A stretch of 64,000 bases of DNA from positions 45,086 to 109,085 of the forward strand of contig CAYYQX010000002.1 in the NCBI GenBank assembly GCA_964473455.1, given 5' to 3'. This stretch comes from an uncultured Muribaculaceae bacterium. GTDB lineage: Bacteria > Bacillota_I > Bacilli_A > RF39 > UBA660. The notes beneath the pieces were generated by a model. It saw nothing but the letters and a program-made list of their open reading frames with translations, was not told where the DNA came from and made no database searches. Every line of letters begins with the position of its first letter. The first letter of the stretch is position 1. Shown piece after piece: positions 1-9,183 of this stretch. Position numbers and translations under genes: made by a program.

Positions 1-1
1 A

Positions 2-2134
2 ATGAAAAAAATTATGGATTTTTTAGTTAATAAAAGGTTATTTGTAATAATTACTATGACAATTGCTTTAATAGTGAGTGTATTTTTAATAAACAAAGTT
101 AATATTAATTATGATATGACGTTATATTTACCAGATAGCTCTAATACTAAACAAGGAATAAATATTATGAATGATGAGTTTCAAGACGAAGCTTCATCTT
201 CTTTTAATATAATGTTTGTTGATTTAAATGATACTGAAAAAAGCTCTATTTATAATGATTTATTAACTATAAATGGAGTTAGTAGTGTTTCATATGACAA
301 TAGTGAAAAATATAATAAAGAAAATTATACTCTTTATCAAATATATGTTAAAGATGTTAGTGATTCTACTACTGCTAAAGATGTTTATAACGATATAACC
401 GAAAAATACAATGATTATGAAGTATATACGAGTGGCGAAATATCTGACGTTTTTAAACCTGTTTTACCAAACTTAATGATAATTATTGTTATAATAGTTG
501 CCTTAATCATTTTATTTGTTATGTCTAGTTCTTATATCGAGCCACTTTTATTTTTAATTACTATAGGTGTTGCGATTCTTTTAAATATGGGTTCAAATTA
601 TTTTTTTGATAGTGTTTCTAATCAAACAAATTCAGTTTCAGCTCTTTTACAAGCTGTATTATCTATTGATTACGCTATAATGCTTGCTAATAGATATAAG
701 CAAGAAAGAAAAACAAGCGAGAAAGTAAATTCAATGAAGAAAGCTTTGTTAAACAGTTTTAAATCAATATTTAGTAGTTCTTTTACAACTATTATTAGTT
801 TACTTTGTCTAATATTTATGACTAATTCAATTGGTAAAGATATGGGTTTAGTTCTTGCTAAAGGTGTCTTTATTAGTTTAATATGTGTGTTTACTGTTCT
901 ACCTTCATTAATACTAGTATTTGATAAAATAATTACCAAAACCTCTAAAAAGGTATTAAATTTTAGATTTAACTTTTTAGGTAATTTTTGTTATAAATTT
1001 AGAAAAGCAATATTAATAGTTTTTTTAGTTATTTTAGCTAGTAGTTTTTACTTTAAAGGAACTATGAATATTTCATATTTATTTAACACCAGTCAAAAAA
1101 TAGAAGATGTTTTTGGTAAAAGTAATCAAATAATTGTTGTTTATAATAATGCTGATGAAAGTAAAGTACCTGAGTTAATAGGCGAACTAAGTAGTGTAGA
1201 AAACACTAGTATTACAGCTTACGCCAATACCTTTGGGGTTAGATTATCTAGTACTGAATTAGCTCTACAAACCGGAACCAATGAGGGTTTAATTAGTCAA
1301 ATATATAATTATTATTTTCTAGTTAATGGCGTAACAGATGGCAAAATTGCCGTTGTTGATATTATTAATTTTGTTAATGATTATGTTTTAAATAATAGTG
1401 CGTTTTCTGCTTATTTAACTGACGAAGTAGTATATACCTTTAATGCTGCCAAAAGTACGATGGATTCCAGCATTAAAAGCTTAGTTGGATTAGATCACTC
1501 TAGAATGATCATTGATACGACAATAGAGTCCGAAACACAAGAAATGACAGATTTACTAAGTAAATTAGAAGAGAAAATGCCGAGTTTATACTTAGTAGGT
1601 AATTCTGCTATGGCTTACGAAATGAATAAGACATTTAATGAAGAATTAACTTTAATTACTATATTGATAGCTGTTTCTATCTTTCTAGTAGTTCTTATAA
1701 CTTTCAAATCATTATCAATTTCTATAATTTTGGTTGCCATAATTCAAACCGCTGTATTCCTATTAATGACAATAACTGCTTTTGCAGGTATTGATATGAA
1801 TTATTTGGCCCTTATAATTGTTCAAAGTATATTAATGGGCGCTACTATTGATTACGCGATTTTATATACTTCATATTACAAAGAAAATAGAGATAAATTT
1901 GATATTAAACAAAGTATCATCGAAACATACAATAAATCTTCTCATACAATATTAACTTCATCATTTATTCTGATATTTGTAACATTTATTGTTGGAATTT
2001 CAGCTATTAGTCCTTCAATAGGAGAGATATGCTTAACTATATCTAAAGGTACAGTATGTGCGGTTTTATTGATATTATTTGTCTTACCGGGGATTATCTC
2101 AATGTTTGATAAATTAGTATATAAAAATAAGTAA
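2..2134 (+). CDS. MMPL/RND-superfamily membrane transporter (YdfJ-like putative lipid/glycolipid exporter)
   Basis: 710 aa. Two repeated modules, each a hydrophobic bundle followed by a soluble domain. Internal repeat motifs IDYAIMLANRYKQE and IDYAILYTSYYKEN are typical of MMPL domains. N-terminal TM segment present. Confidence 0.5.
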   Translation: MKKIMDFLVNKRLFVIITMTIALIVSVFLINKVNINYDMTLYLPDSSNTKQGINIMNDEFQDEASSSFNIMFVDLNDTEKSSIYNDLLTINGVSSVSYDNSEKYNKENYTLYQIYVKDVSDSTTAKDVYNDITEKYNDYEVYTSGEISDVFKPVLPNLMIIIVIIVALIILFVMSSSYIEPLLFLITIGVAILLNMGSNYFFDSVSNQTNSVSALLQAVLSIDYAIMLANRYKQERKTSEKVNSMKKALLNSFKSIFSSSFTTIISLLCLIFMTNSIGKDMGLVLAKGVFISLICVFTVLPSLILVFDKIITKTSKKVLNFRFNFLGNFCYKFRKAILIVFLVILASSFYFKGTMNISYLFNTSQKIEDVFGKSNQIIVVYNNADESKVPELIGELSSVENTSITAYANTFGVRLSSTELALQTGTNEGLISQIYNYYFLVNGVTDGKIAVVDIINFVNDYVLNNSAFSAYLTDEVVYTFNAAKSTMDSSIKSLVGLDHSRMIIDTTIESETQEMTDLLSKLEEKMPSLYLVGNSAMAYEMNKTFNEELTLITILIAVSIFLVVLITFKSLSISIILVAIIQTAVFLLMTITAFAGIDMNYLALIIVQSILMGATIDYAILYTSYYKENRDKFDIKQSIIETYNKSSHTILTSSFILIFVTFIVGISAISPSIGEICLTISKGTVCAVLLILFVLPGIISMFDKLVYKNK

Positions 2135-2143
2135 ATTATAAAA

Positions 2144-3559
2144 ATGGAGTGGGGAAGTATGCTAAAAAAAGTATTTAATTATATCAAAAATAACGAATTA
2201 AAATGGGGTTACATTGTTGCTTTTGGATTATGTCTAGTAATGGCTTTAATTTATGTTTATGCTGATTTAAAAAGCTTAACAATTTGGTCGACAAATATGT
2301 TAGATGTAACATACGATTTAAACATCAGATCATATTTTGAATATACAGCTTTAAATATTTATAATGTGCCTCATCAATATGTTTCTGGCTCAATTTTTTA
2401 TATGATTCCTTGGGCTGTTTGGAATATTCCTATTTGGATTTTACAGAGATTTTTTAGTATAAGTATTGTAACATCGCCACTTTCCTTAGTATGGTCAAAA
2501 TTGTTTTTAGTATCTTGTCTTGTTTTAACTTTGTATTTTGCTTACAAAATAGTCAAAGACTTAACACATGATAGTAAAAAAGCCAATTGGGTCGTTTTTC
2601 TATCTTTATCTTTTTTCTATACTTTTGTAGGCATTTTCTATGCAGGACAAACAGATATTATGATTTGTTTATTTGGCACACTAAGTGTTTACTATTTAAT
2701 TAAGAAAAAGAATATCCCTTTTCTGGTCTGCTCAATGATTGCCATTTCTATTAAGTGGTTTTTCTTGTTTCCTTATATTGCCTTAATTTTATTAACAGAA
2801 AAAGATATTTTAAAAGTTATTAAAAAGATTTTTTTAGGAATTTTACCGGTTTTAGTATTTGCTGTAATTTGCCATTTTTTACCGATGTATAATGTTTCTA
2901 TGGACGCTAATCCTTTTAATACAATGATTAGTGGGCTTGTAAATGGAACAATTAGTCTTTTTAACGAAGGAAAGCTTTCATTATTTATACTTAGTTTATT
3001 TATTATTTATTTTGCGGCTTATTTTACCAAAATAAAAGACAAAGTAGAAGAAAATAAGTTTGTAATTTATTTTGTAACAGTTACTTTTTTAGCTATGTTT
3101 ATGTTTACAACATATGAATTTTATCGTGTGATTTTACTTATGCCTTTCTTATTCATTTTAATCTCATTAGATGATAAAAAATGGAAACTAAATATTTTAC
3201 TTGAATTTATTATGTTAGTTTCTAGCGTCTTTGTTATGCTTAATCATAATGCTTGGAATTTCTTTTCATCCACCGGGTCTTTAGATGGTGGGGTCTTTGC
3301 AAGCATCTTTAATGTAGGCAACAATATTTTCAGTGTTCATATGGTTAGTTATGTAATTCCTTTCTACAGTGTCTTAGTTAATGTTTTTGCCACAGTATTT
3401 ATTGCTTGTTCATTAGCACTCATCATAATTAATCATCCAAAATTAAGTAATAAAATTAGCTTAATTGAACCCAAAATAAATATTAAATTTCTGATATATC
3501 TAAGATTATTATTTATTTTGCCATTTATTTTATTTACTATTCTTACAGCGTTTATTTAA
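2144..3559 (+). CDS. polytopic membrane protein, putative GT-C-type glycosyltransferase (Gtr-type/YfhO-like) of a three-component glycosylation module
   Basis: 471 aa with about 11-13 predicted TM helices and loops. Sits immediately upstream of a GtrB/ArnC-like GT2 and two small 4-TM proteins. No sequence motif was recognised firmly; the call rests on context and topology. Confidence 0.3.
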   Translation: MEWGSMLKKVFNYIKNNELKWGYIVAFGLCLVMALIYVYADLKSLTIWSTNMLDVTYDLNIRSYFEYTALNIYNVPHQYVSGSIFYMIPWAVWNIPIWILQRFFSISIVTSPLSLVWSKLFLVSCLVLTLYFAYKIVKDLTHDSKKANWVVFLSLSFFYTFVGIFYAGQTDIMICLFGTLSVYYLIKKKNIPFLVCSMIAISIKWFFLFPYIALILLTEKDILKVIKKIFLGILPVLVFAVICHFLPMYNVSMDANPFNTMISGLVNGTISLFNEGKLSLFILSLFIIYFAAYFTKIKDKVEENKFVIYFVTVTFLAMFMFTTYEFYRVILLMPFLFILISLDDKKWKLNILLEFIMLVSSVFVMLNHNAWNFFSSTGSLDGGVFASIFNVGNNIFSVHMVSYVIPFYSVLVNVFATVFIACSLALIIINHPKLSNKISLIEPKINIKFLIYLRLLFILPFILFTILTAFI

Positions 3560-3569
3560 GGAGGAAGTT

Positions 3570-4499
3570 ATGGAAAAAATTAGTTTTGTAATACCCTGTT
3601 ACGGAAGTGAAGGAACAATTGAAAATGTTTGCGAAGAAATCATCAAGGAAGTTGGTAAAAAAAAGTATGATTATGAGATTATACTAATTAACGATCACTC
3701 TTATGATAATGTTTGGAGCGTTATTGAAAAACTTGCTAAAAACAAAAGAATCAAAGCTTTAAATTTATCAAAAAACATGAATAAACCAGGAGCTTTAATG
3801 GCTGGTTTAAATTTTGTAACAGGTGATTATGTTGTTTTACTAGATGACGATATGCAGTGCCCAATGAATGAATTTTGGAAACTTTTTGAGCCAATTCACA
3901 CTCACGATGTTGTTTATGCTAAATACCAAGTTAAAAAGCAAAGTAAATTTAAAAACTTTGGTAGTTTTTTAAATAAGAAAATGGCTGAATTTTTAATTGG
4001 TAAACCAAAGGAACTATATTTTAATAACTTTTGTGTTATTAGAAAATATGTGGTTGATGAGGTCATAAAATACAATAATCCATTTCCATATGTTGAAGGT
4101 TTAATATTAAGAGTAACAAATGATATTGTAAACGTTTTACTTGAAGAAAGAGAAAGAACTGTTGGCAAATCTAATTTTACTTTTAAGAAGATGGTTAAAA
4201 TGTGGGTTAATGGTTTTACTTCTTTTTCAGTTAAACCACTAAGAATGGCTATGTATTTTGGTTTTATATCTGCTTTAATAGGCTTTATTTATGGTATAGT
4301 AATCATATTTGAAAGAATAAGTGGAAATATTGGCATAAGTGGTTATTCTTCTATTATGGCCGCTTTACTATTTATTGGTGGAGTTATCATGATTCTTTTA
4401 GGTTTAATTGGTGAATATGTTGGTAGAATATACATCAGTATTAATAAAGCGCCACAATTTGTCATAAAAGAAAGGATAAATATCTATGAAGAAAATTAA
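3570..4499 (+). CDS. GT2 polyprenyl-phosphate sugar transferase (GtrB/ArnC/CsbB/DPM1-like)
   Basis: 309 aa. N-terminal GT-A fold with FVIPCYGSEG and DDD-type motif (VVLLDDDMQ), plus two C-terminal TM helices. This is the classic bactoprenol glycosyltransferase architecture. Confidence 0.7.
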   Translation: MEKISFVIPCYGSEGTIENVCEEIIKEVGKKKYDYEIILINDHSYDNVWSVIEKLAKNKRIKALNLSKNMNKPGALMAGLNFVTGDYVVLLDDDMQCPMNEFWKLFEPIHTHDVVYAKYQVKKQSKFKNFGSFLNKKMAEFLIGKPKELYFNNFCVIRKYVVDEVIKYNNPFPYVEGLILRVTNDIVNVLLEERERTVGKSNFTFKKMVKMWVNGFTSFSVKPLRMAMYFGFISALIGFIYGIVIIFERISGNIGISGYSSIMAALLFIGGVIMILLGLIGEYVGRIYISINKAPQFVIKERINIYEEN

Positions 4500-4827
4500 A
4501 AAATATGCTTTTCTTCATTTGTTATTACTTCTTTTTTCTTTTTGTGGTGTATTTTCAAAACTAGCTAGTAATGAAGAGTTTTTAAGTCAAAAATTTATCA
4601 TTTATTATGGAATTTCTTTATTTATTTTAGGTGTTTTTGCGGTTTTATGGCAACAAGTATTAAAAGTAATGCCTTTAAATACAGCATTCTTAAATAAAGC
4701 GATAACTGTTATTTGGGGGATGGTTTTAGGTTCAATCATATTTAGTGAAGTCATTACTATTAACATGATTATTGGATCAATTATCGTTTTAAGTGGGATT
4801 TTTATTGTGGTGATGGAACATGAATAG
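4486..4827 (+). CDS. small 4-TM SMR/EamA-like membrane protein (ArnE/GtrA-type lipid-linked sugar flippase subunit)
   Basis: 113 aa, four hydrophobic helices. Its start overlaps the upstream GT2 stop. Paired with a second 112-aa paralog, like the ArnE/ArnF heterodimer. Confidence 0.45.
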   Translation: MKKIKKYAFLHLLLLLFSFCGVFSKLASNEEFLSQKFIIYYGISLFILGVFAVLWQQVLKVMPLNTAFLNKAITVIWGMVLGSIIFSEVITINMIIGSIIVLSGIFIVVMEHE

Positions 4828-5158
4828 TATTTATATATTGATTTATATTTTTGGTGTACTTATTTCATCTATTGCGCAAATTATGCTGAAAAAAGCTGCT
4901 CAAGTAAGCTATGCCAATAAAATAAAAGAATATCTTAATTCAAAAACAATATTTGCTTATTTTATATTTTTTCTTGCAACTGTAGTTACTGTTTTCGCTT
5001 ATAAAGGTATTCCACTGATTTATGGGGCTCTTATAGGTACTAGTGAGTATATTTTTGTAACAGTTTTTAGTGGTTTATTTTTAAAAGAAAAAATAAGTAA
5101 GAAAAAAGTATTAGGTCTTGTTTTAATTATAGTAGGAATTATTTTTTTTGTATTATAA
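4820..5158 (+). CDS. small 4-TM SMR/EamA-like membrane protein (ArnF-like partner subunit)
   Basis: 112 aa, four TM helices. Overlaps the previous gene by 8 nt, which suggests translational coupling. Confidence 0.45.
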   Translation: MNSIYILIYIFGVLISSIAQIMLKKAAQVSYANKIKEYLNSKTIFAYFIFFLATVVTVFAYKGIPLIYGALIGTSEYIFVTVFSGLFLKEKISKKKVLGLVLIIVGIIFFVL

Positions 5159-5235
5159 GATACTTAAAATTTATTCATTTTTATTTACACAAACAATAAA
5201 AAATGATATACTTTTAACAGTTCGGAGAATATAAA

Positions 5236-5844
5236 ATGAAGAATATAATTAGAATTATTTTAATAACAGTAATATTAGTTTTAGGTTATTTTCTTATAAC
5301 ATATGTTATTAATATTTTTGATAATAGACAAGTAGAAAACACCAAGACCGTAGATTCTATTGAAAACTATGGTTATAATTTAACTAGTAGAGATAGTAAA
5401 CTATATAATACGTTTTTTAACGAATTAAAGGGTGTTTTAGAAGCTGTTTTGGTTGATGAAGACAAATATGTCTCTTTGATTTCTAAGTTGTTTATAATTG
5501 ATTTCTACACGTTAGAAAATAAGTTAAATAATAAAGATATTGGAGGATTAGAATTTGTACACACATTAATTACTGAAAATTTTAAGTTAAAAGCCAAAGA
5601 TACCATTTATAAGTACGTTAAATCAAACTTATATAACAATCGAAATCAAGAGTTACCTGTTGTAAGTGGCGTAAGTGTTGATGAAGTAAAAATTATTACT
5701 TATAAGCTTAATAATTATACAGATGATAAAGCTTACGGAGTAAAGGTTAGTATGACTTATGATAAGGATTTAGGATATGAAACTAGTAAAACATTATATT
5801 TTATCCACGAAGAAAGTAAACTTAGTTTAGTAGAAATAAAATAA
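5236..5844 (+). CDS. hypothetical membrane-anchored/secreted protein
   Basis: 202 aa with a single N-terminal TM or signal anchor. No recognisable motifs. A good RBS-like sequence (ggagaat) lies upstream. Confidence 0.4.
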   Translation: MKNIIRIILITVILVLGYFLITYVINIFDNRQVENTKTVDSIENYGYNLTSRDSKLYNTFFNELKGVLEAVLVDEDKYVSLISKLFIIDFYTLENKLNNKDIGGLEFVHTLITENFKLKAKDTIYKYVKSNLYNNRNQELPVVSGVSVDEVKIITYKLNNYTDDKAYGVKVSMTYDKDLGYETSKTLYFIHEESKLSLVEIK

Positions 5845-5866
5845 TTGAAAGTAGTTGAAGAAGTAA

Positions 5867-7084
5867 ATGAAAATATTATTTATATCGTCTGATTATCCAA
5901 GGCCTGAAAAGAGTTCAAACATATATACTGATTTAGCCAAAGAGATTAATAATCAGAACCATATTATAAAGGTAGTTGTAACAGAAGAAAAGAAAAACAT
6001 TGCAAAAACTACCTTGTTTGAAGAAAATGGGGTCCCTGTATTAAGAGTTAAAACCGGCAATATTTATGAAGTAGGTTTTACTGAAAAAACTATTACTTTT
6101 TTAACTTTAAGTAGGAATTTAATTAACGGAATAAATAAATATTTTTCAGGTGAGACATTTGATTTGATTTTGTTTCAGTCACCTCCAGTAACCTTTAATA
6201 AAGTTATTAAGTGGGCAACGAAGAAGTATAACTGTAAGTCTTATTTAATACTAAAGGATATTTTCCCTCAAAACGGAGTTGATATTGGGTTATATTCAAA
6301 ATTAAGCCCTATATATTTATATTTTAGAAATCAAGAAAAAGCTTTATATAAAATTAGTGATTATATAGGGTGTATGTCTAAAGGAAATGTCGATTATATA
6401 CTAGCACACAACAATCTTAAAAAAGAAAAAGTGGAGATATTTCCAAATTGTGAGATTATTGAAAAAATGCCAACGCTTTCATTAATAAATAAAAACAAGA
6501 TACGAAAGAAATATGGTTTAGAAAAAAATGATGTTGTGGCTATATTTGGTGGTAATTTTGGTAAACCACAAGGACTTGATTTTTTATTGGAAATTTTAAA
6601 TGAATACAAGTATTCTAAAAATATTAAATTTGTTTTAATTGGGCGAGGTACAGAAAAACATAGAATATTTAGTATAATAAAGGAAAAAAATTATAAAAAC
6701 GTCTTTACTTTTAATTTTATTCCAAGAAAAGATTATGATACGTTAACTCTTTCTTGTGATGTTGGGCTGATCTTTTTAGATAAAAGATTTACTATTCCTA
6801 ATTTTCCATCTAAAACGCTCTCTTACTTTAAAAATTCCTTACCAATTATGGCTTCTATTGATAAAAATACAGATTATAGTAGAATGCTTGAAGCAACAGA
6901 CGCTGGGTTTTGGGTTGAAAATGGTGATTTAAAAGCGTTTAAAAATAAATTTAAACTATTAACAGGGGATGCGAAATTAAGAACGAAAATGGGGAAGAAT
7001 GGTCGAAATTATTATGAAAAAGAATGTGATGTTAAAAAGTTTGTCAAATTATTAGAAAAATGTGTGGAGGATAACAATGTTTAA
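5867..7084 (+). CDS. GT4-family glycosyltransferase (WbuB-like)
   Basis: 405 aa with a GT-B C-terminal domain and conserved acidic residues. Lies directly upstream of the FnlA/FnlB-like genes, as is typical for L-FucNAc/L-PneNAc transferases. Confidence 0.55.
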   Translation: MKILFISSDYPRPEKSSNIYTDLAKEINNQNHIIKVVVTEEKKNIAKTTLFEENGVPVLRVKTGNIYEVGFTEKTITFLTLSRNLINGINKYFSGETFDLILFQSPPVTFNKVIKWATKKYNCKSYLILKDIFPQNGVDIGLYSKLSPIYLYFRNQEKALYKISDYIGCMSKGNVDYILAHNNLKKEKVEIFPNCEIIEKMPTLSLINKNKIRKKYGLEKNDVVAIFGGNFGKPQGLDFLLEILNEYKYSKNIKFVLIGRGTEKHRIFSIIKEKNYKNVFTFNFIPRKDYDTLTLSCDVGLIFLDKRFTIPNFPSKTLSYFKNSLPIMASIDKNTDYSRMLEATDAGFWVENGDLKAFKNKFKLLTGDAKLRTKMGKNGRNYYEKECDVKKFVKLLEKCVEDNNV

Positions 7085-8072
7085 AGATAAAGTTTTATTA
7101 ATTACTGGAGGTACTGGTTCTTTTGGAAACGCTGTATTAGAAAAATTCTTAGATTCTGATATAAAAGAAATTAGAATCTTTTCAAGAGACGAGAAAAAAC
7201 AAGATGATATGAGAAAGAAGTATAACAACGCTAAAATAAAGTTTTATATTGGTGATGTTAGAGATTATAACAGTATTGATGATGCGATGGATGGGGTTAA
7301 TTTAGTTTTTCACGCGGCAGCTTTAAAACAGGTTCCATCTTGTGAATTTTTTCCTATTGAAGCCGTTAAAACGAACGTTCTTGGAACTAATAATGTGCTT
7401 GAAGCTGCAATTAACCATAATGTTGAAAAGGTAATTGTTTTAAGTACTGATAAAGCTGCTTATCCAATTAATGCGATGGGTATGAGTAAAGCTTTAATGG
7501 AAAAGGTAGCTGTTGCTAAAGGTAGAAACTTAAAGACTGGCTCTACTGTAATTTGTCGTACAAGATATGGCAATGTAATGGCTAGTAGAGGATCTGTTAT
7601 ACCTTTGTTTTTAGAACAAATCAAAGAAGGTAAAGATTTAACTATAACTAACCCTAATATGACTAGATTTATGATGACTTTGGAAGATGCGGTTAATTTA
7701 GTAGTGTATGCTTTTAAGAATGGTCAACAAGGAGACTTGTTTGTTCAAAAAGCTCCTGCGGCTACTGTTCAAGTTTTAGCAGAAGCAATGAAGAAATTAA
7801 CAAACAGTAATGTTGGGATTAAAAACATTGGAACAAGGCATGGTGAAAAGTTATATGAAGTATTAGTTACTAAAGAAGAGATGGCAACAGCTATTGATCT
7901 TGGAGAATACTTTAGAGTTCCAGCTGATAATAGAGACCTTAATTACGCTAAATATGAATCAAAAGGTAATACAAAACTTGAAGATTTTATTGAATATAAT
8001 TCTGATAATACAAAAAGACTTGATGTTGATGGAATGATAGATTTATTAAAAAAATTAGATTTATTTAAGTAG
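7062..8072 (+). CDS. UDP-N-acetylglucosamine 4,6-dehydratase/5-epimerase (FnlA/CapE/WbjB family)
   Basis: 336 aa. Begins KVLLITGGTGSFGNAV. The internal ATG at 7077 is the probable true start. SDR extended fold with a CapE-type active-site region. Confidence 0.75.
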   Translation: MWRITMFKDKVLLITGGTGSFGNAVLEKFLDSDIKEIRIFSRDEKKQDDMRKKYNNAKIKFYIGDVRDYNSIDDAMDGVNLVFHAAALKQVPSCEFFPIEAVKTNVLGTNNVLEAAINHNVEKVIVLSTDKAAYPINAMGMSKALMEKVAVAKGRNLKTGSTVICRTRYGNVMASRGSVIPLFLEQIKEGKDLTITNPNMTRFMMTLEDAVNLVVYAFKNGQQGDLFVQKAPAATVQVLAEAMKKLTNSNVGIKNIGTRHGEKLYEVLVTKEEMATAIDLGEYFRVPADNRDLNYAKYESKGNTKLEDFIEYNSDNTKRLDVDGMIDLLKKLDLFK

Positions 8073-8079
8073 GTGAATT

Positions 8080-9183
8080 ATGAAGGTATTAATAACTGGT
8101 TCAGACGGATTTATTGGTAAGAATTTACTTGTCCATTTAAGAGAAATAAAAGAAGTTGAAATAGTTACTTTTGATGTTAAGGATGATTTTTCTAAGATTG
8201 AAAAAAGTATTGATTCGATTGATTTTATTTTTCATTTTGCCGGTGTTAATAGACCTGTTAGTGTAGAGGATTTTTATAAAGGTAATACTGATTTAACTAA
8301 ACAAATAGTAGATTTAATAAAGGGTAAGAATATACCACTATTAATTACTTCTAGTATTCAAGCTATCAAGGATAATGATTATGGTAAGAGTAAAAAGTTA
8401 GCAGAAGATTATATAAAGGCTAATTTAACTAATTATTATATTTATCGACTTCATAATGTTTTTGGTAAGTGGTGTCGCCCTAACTATAATTCAGTCATTG
8501 CAACTTTTTGTTATAATATTGCCAATAATTTAGAGATAAAAGTTGATAATAGAGAAACTGAAATAACCTTTGTTTATATTGATGACATTATGAATGAATT
8601 TATTAATGTTTTAAATGGTAAAAAATCTGATGAGGTAATAGATGATATTTGTTATATTAATCCAAAATATAGTGTTACTTTAGGGTATATAGCTGATAAA
8701 TTGCATGAGTTTAATGATTGTTTAAATTCAATTTATGTTCCAAATACTGGTAATGATTTTGTTAAAAAATTATATTCTACTTTTATTAGTTATTTACCAA
8801 TGGATAGATTAGTTACACAAGCTGAGAAAAAAGAAGATGAAAGAGGATTCTTTGTTGAGTTAGTTAGAACAAAGGACAGTGGTCAATTTTCTATATCTTA
8901 TAGTAAAGCAGGGGTTTCTAGGGGTGATCATTATCACCACACTAAATCAGAAAGATTTATGGTTGTTAAAGGTAAAGCTAAAATTAGTTTTTCTTCTGCA
9001 ATTACTAATGATAAGTATTCGTTTATAGTAGATGATAAAGTAATTAAGATTATTACTATTCCTGTTGGATATAGTCATAAAATAGAAAATATTGGCAAGA
9101 AAGAACTTGTTTTAGCGTTGTGGTGTAATGAAGTGTTTGATATAAATAGGCCTGATACATATTATATGAAAGTAGTGGAGTAA
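8080..9183 (+). CDS. Cap5F/FnlB/WbjC-like UDP-2-acetamido-2,6-dideoxy-hexose reductase (SDR N-domain plus C-terminal cupin)
   Basis: 367 aa. N-terminal MKVLITGSDGFIGKNL Rossmann motif. C-terminal roughly 100 aa is cupin-like with an HYHH motif. Size and architecture match Cap5F. Confidence 0.6.
   Translation: MKVLITGSDGFIGKNLLVHLREIKEVEIVTFDVKDDFSKIEKSIDSIDFIFHFAGVNRPVSVEDFYKGNTDLTKQIVDLIKGKNIPLLITSSIQAIKDNDYGKSKKLAEDYIKANLTNYYIYRLHNVFGKWCRPNYNSVIATFCYNIANNLEIKVDNRETEITFVYIDDIMNEFINVLNGKKSDEVIDDICYINPKYSVTLGYIADKLHEFNDCLNSIYVPNTGNDFVKKLYSTFISYLPMDRLVTQAEKKEDERGFFVELVRTKDSGQFSISYSKAGVSRGDHYHHTKSERFMVVKGKAKISFSSAITNDKYSFIVDDKVIKIITIPVGYSHKIENIGKKELVLALWCNEVFDINRPDTYYMKVVE

Noticed and set aside
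670-939. Short antisense or overlapping ORFs from the six-frame track inside larger genes
   Set aside because: Each lies entirely within a longer, motif-supported CDS on the other strand or frame. Examples are 3914-4168, 6394-6609, 9056-9307, 13526-13750, 20030-20455, 31564-31803, 33305-33487, 39700-40002, 41320-41774, 43075-43803, 45130-45384, 47786-48061, 49886-50248, 55596-55871, 62640-63029 and 63168-63371. They have AT-rich low-complexity translations and are treated as spurious.
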